Shown: positions 61,601 to 64,000 of the stretch, piece after piece
Layout of the letters: the number at the start of each line of letters is the position of its first letter
Position numbering within the stretch: position 1 is the first letter of the stretch
Origin: Antedon mediterranea
Taxonomy: Eukaryota > Animalia > Echinodermata
Assembly: GCF_964355755.1 (NCBI RefSeq)
Contig: NC_092678.1
Coordinates: forward strand, 15,357,881 to 15,421,880
Reading direction: 5' to 3'
DNA length: 64,000 nucleotides
The notes under the pieces: generated by a model
Databases searched by the model: none
What the model saw: the letters and a program-made list of their open reading frames with translations, nothing else
What the model was told of the DNA's origin: nothing
Position numbers and translations under genes: made by a program

Positions 61601-62714
61601 GCCTACGATTAAAGTTCCAAAATGCAGCCCAAGGCAAACTATAGTTTTCCTAAAGACTCACAAGACAGGTGGCACAACTCTTGCAAGACTCATTGAGTTG
61701 TACGGATACAAACATTCACTAACGTTCGTGAGGAAAATAGGACAAAGGGGATCAATTCATTTCGGTAATCGAAATTTTGAGTACAAATCTCATAAGATGT
61801 TTCTACCACCTCCCAATGTAACTAAGGGAGATTACTCAAACTATAAATACAATATATTTGCATTGCATGTTCGTTATAATCGATCAGTGTTAAATACATT
61901 CATGAAAAAAGATCCTGTTCACATTACAATAATAAGAGAACCATCGGCACAGTTAGAATCGTCGTTTATGTTTTTCCGTTTGGTAAAATACGTTAACAGC
62001 AAAGCAGAAGGTATTCCGCCTTTTGAAGCGTTTGTTTCTAACCCGACAAAATATCGTAAAGCTGCGTCTTCTATCATGGGTTATAACGACCAAATGTTTG
62101 ATCTTGGGTTACCTAGGAAGAGTTTTCTTAATGAAACAATAATAAATAAGACAATAGCTAGACTTGATCAAGATATGGACCTAGTCCTCATAAACGAGTT
62201 CTACGACGAATCTTTAGTGTTACTAAGTAAACTACTTTGCTGGAGTCTAGAAGATGTATTATATCTTCCAAGAAATATGAGACCAACATCTAAAAAAAGC
62301 GCTATGTCTGAGGCGATTCGTGAGAAAGCTCGAAAACGGAACCATGCCGATACACTGCTATATAAATATTTTCTAAAACGATTGCATGAACGCATAGTTG
62401 ACTACGGACCATCGTTTGAAGCAGATCTTGGACGATTCCGTAATATGACGTCAGAGTTGTGGCGTAAATGCGTCGACGGGCAGGTTTCCGGCGGGAAACG
62501 TATGAAGTATACAATACGCAATTCTAGCAAGGAATGCCAATATCATACCGAAGGGCCAGAACAGATGAACAAACGAATTAGAAAGATGATGCTGAACGGG
62601 ACAATCCCCCTGAACGGGACAATCCCCCTGAACGTGACAATCCACCTTAACCGGACTATCGTTAACAAACAAAAAATGAGGAGAAGAAGAAGAAGAAAAA
62701 CCCTAAAAATATAA
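61601..62714 (+). CDS. GAL3ST: GAL3ST-like gene 2, catalytic terminal exon (galactose-3-O-sulfotransferase family)
   Basis: Acceptor TTTTCTCTTTCAATAG|G. The frame is open from PTIKVPKCSPRQTIVFLKTHKTGGTT into ORF 61698-62714. Same motifs as gene 1, with roughly 90% amino-acid identity by eye. Confidence 0.93.
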
Positions 62715-64000
62715 ATATTTAGGTGTTTGGTTACGAGACAATTTTAAATGGAATGTTAATACAAATTTGATTAGTATGTCAATCAATGAATTCTACCACA
62801 AATAGAAATGTGTTGTAATACAATATTGTATAAAAATGTATGTGGCGGGGCATTTTTCAAAGAAAGATTTTTTTTATAATTTTTTTGGCTGAATATGCCA
62901 TTTTGATGTTCCATAATAGTTATTCACTTTGACCAAAAAAAATAATGTAAGTATCTTTTGTTGTACATGTCATTTTTTTTTAAATTTTAAGGCCATCAGT
63001 AGTAATTTTAATGTACAATATACAAATGATTAATGATGAACAACATCTATGATATTAAAAACACGTTTCCTAAGTGTTTACAAACTTCTTTTTATGTCCA
63101 ATTAAATACTATATATACGCCTATTGCAATCATTTTCTTTGTCTTTAATAATACCAAATACCAGCATGTATTGCGTGCGGATTGATATTTCCGTTTTCCT
63201 TCTGCGATTAACCCACTTTTGATTGATCGTAAAGGCAAAAACAAATGGAAGAATCATACATTTTCAGTAAAAATAGCAGGTTTTCCCCAATTTGTATGAA
63301 CAGATTATGCAAATAAATGTACATTTACTGTAATACAACGAATGACCAGGTTTAATATTTTTCAAGTAATATTTACAAAATGTCAACAAATGGATAATAG
63401 GGAGGTTTCGGTATTTACGAATACAATAACGAAAACGGATACGTCACACATTTGTGAAACTTTAGAGATGATCCCCATATCATATTCGTAAAGTGTATTC
63501 GTGTTGACGAATATCACCAGTCATGTCAACTACAAGACGAGTATAGTTTTTGATCTATTTTGCACAATTTACATTTGAATCAGGAATGATTCATGATTAA
63601 TCACAGCCAAGCAACACGTACATGTTCTTCGTTAAAATTTATCGCAGTATTTTGGACAGCGGCCTCAATATTTCATTACCATGCGAAACAGATTTTTACT
63701 GGCTTACGAAAACGAATACATGTGCATGTGCGTATCCGTTTTTTTTATCAAATTCGTAGCGTTGCGAAACCAATTCAATGGTAAGATAGAAGAAAACTAT
63801 TATAATATCAAAATATTTAAGCTTTTTCCTCCAACTCATTGAGAGGTTTCAAAACGTGGGTAAAAGAATTACACTCTACTGACAGTGGTTTAAAAATGTA
63901 AATGAAACAGTTTTCCTACAGAGTAAACTAATGAATCAGTATAGGACTACATTCTTATTGATAAATATCTTTGATTTACGGCCCAATTTTTTTAGTTTTC

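Larger units (their letters stand above)
31983..62850 (+). repeat. Segmental duplication unit 2
   Basis: Same block order as unit 1, with one internal inversion and many unit-specific insertions. Confidence 0.9.

Overview
AT-rich, repeat-dense eukaryotic DNA. The TE repertoire suggests a marine invertebrate, possibly an echinoderm (inference). The window is mainly an old tandem segmental duplication (unit 1 ~5.7-23.1 kb; unit 2 ~32.0-62.85 kb). Each unit carries a spliced, plus-strand galactose-3-O-sulfotransferase (GAL3ST)-like gene. Each gene has a 128-nt transmembrane exon that the ORF track missed or read in another frame, a large catalytic exon ending in N-x-T repeats and a poly-Arg tail, and a speculative 15-nt ATG exon. 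Between the units lies a frameshifted tyrosine-recombinase retrotransposon (DIRS/Ngaro type) bounded by identical 61-bp direct repeats. The units have independently gained many insertions: Academ-, Kolobok-, P-, Harbinger-, hAT5- and Mutator-like non-autonomous elements, Helentron-type HINEs, a solo LTR, a SINE and CR1/L2-group LINEs. Several boundaries are confirmed by the empty site in the other unit. The most notable structure is a 4.9-kb TIR/TSD-bounded Mutator-like foldback element carrying an intact 1000-aa APE-RT ORF that starts at an in-phase splice acceptor within a half PHD finger. Other notable items are probable P-element excision footprints, a repeat-flanked intron in a solo LTR and an antisense signal-anchor exon. 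All alignments were done by eye, so decayed-element boundaries are approximate.
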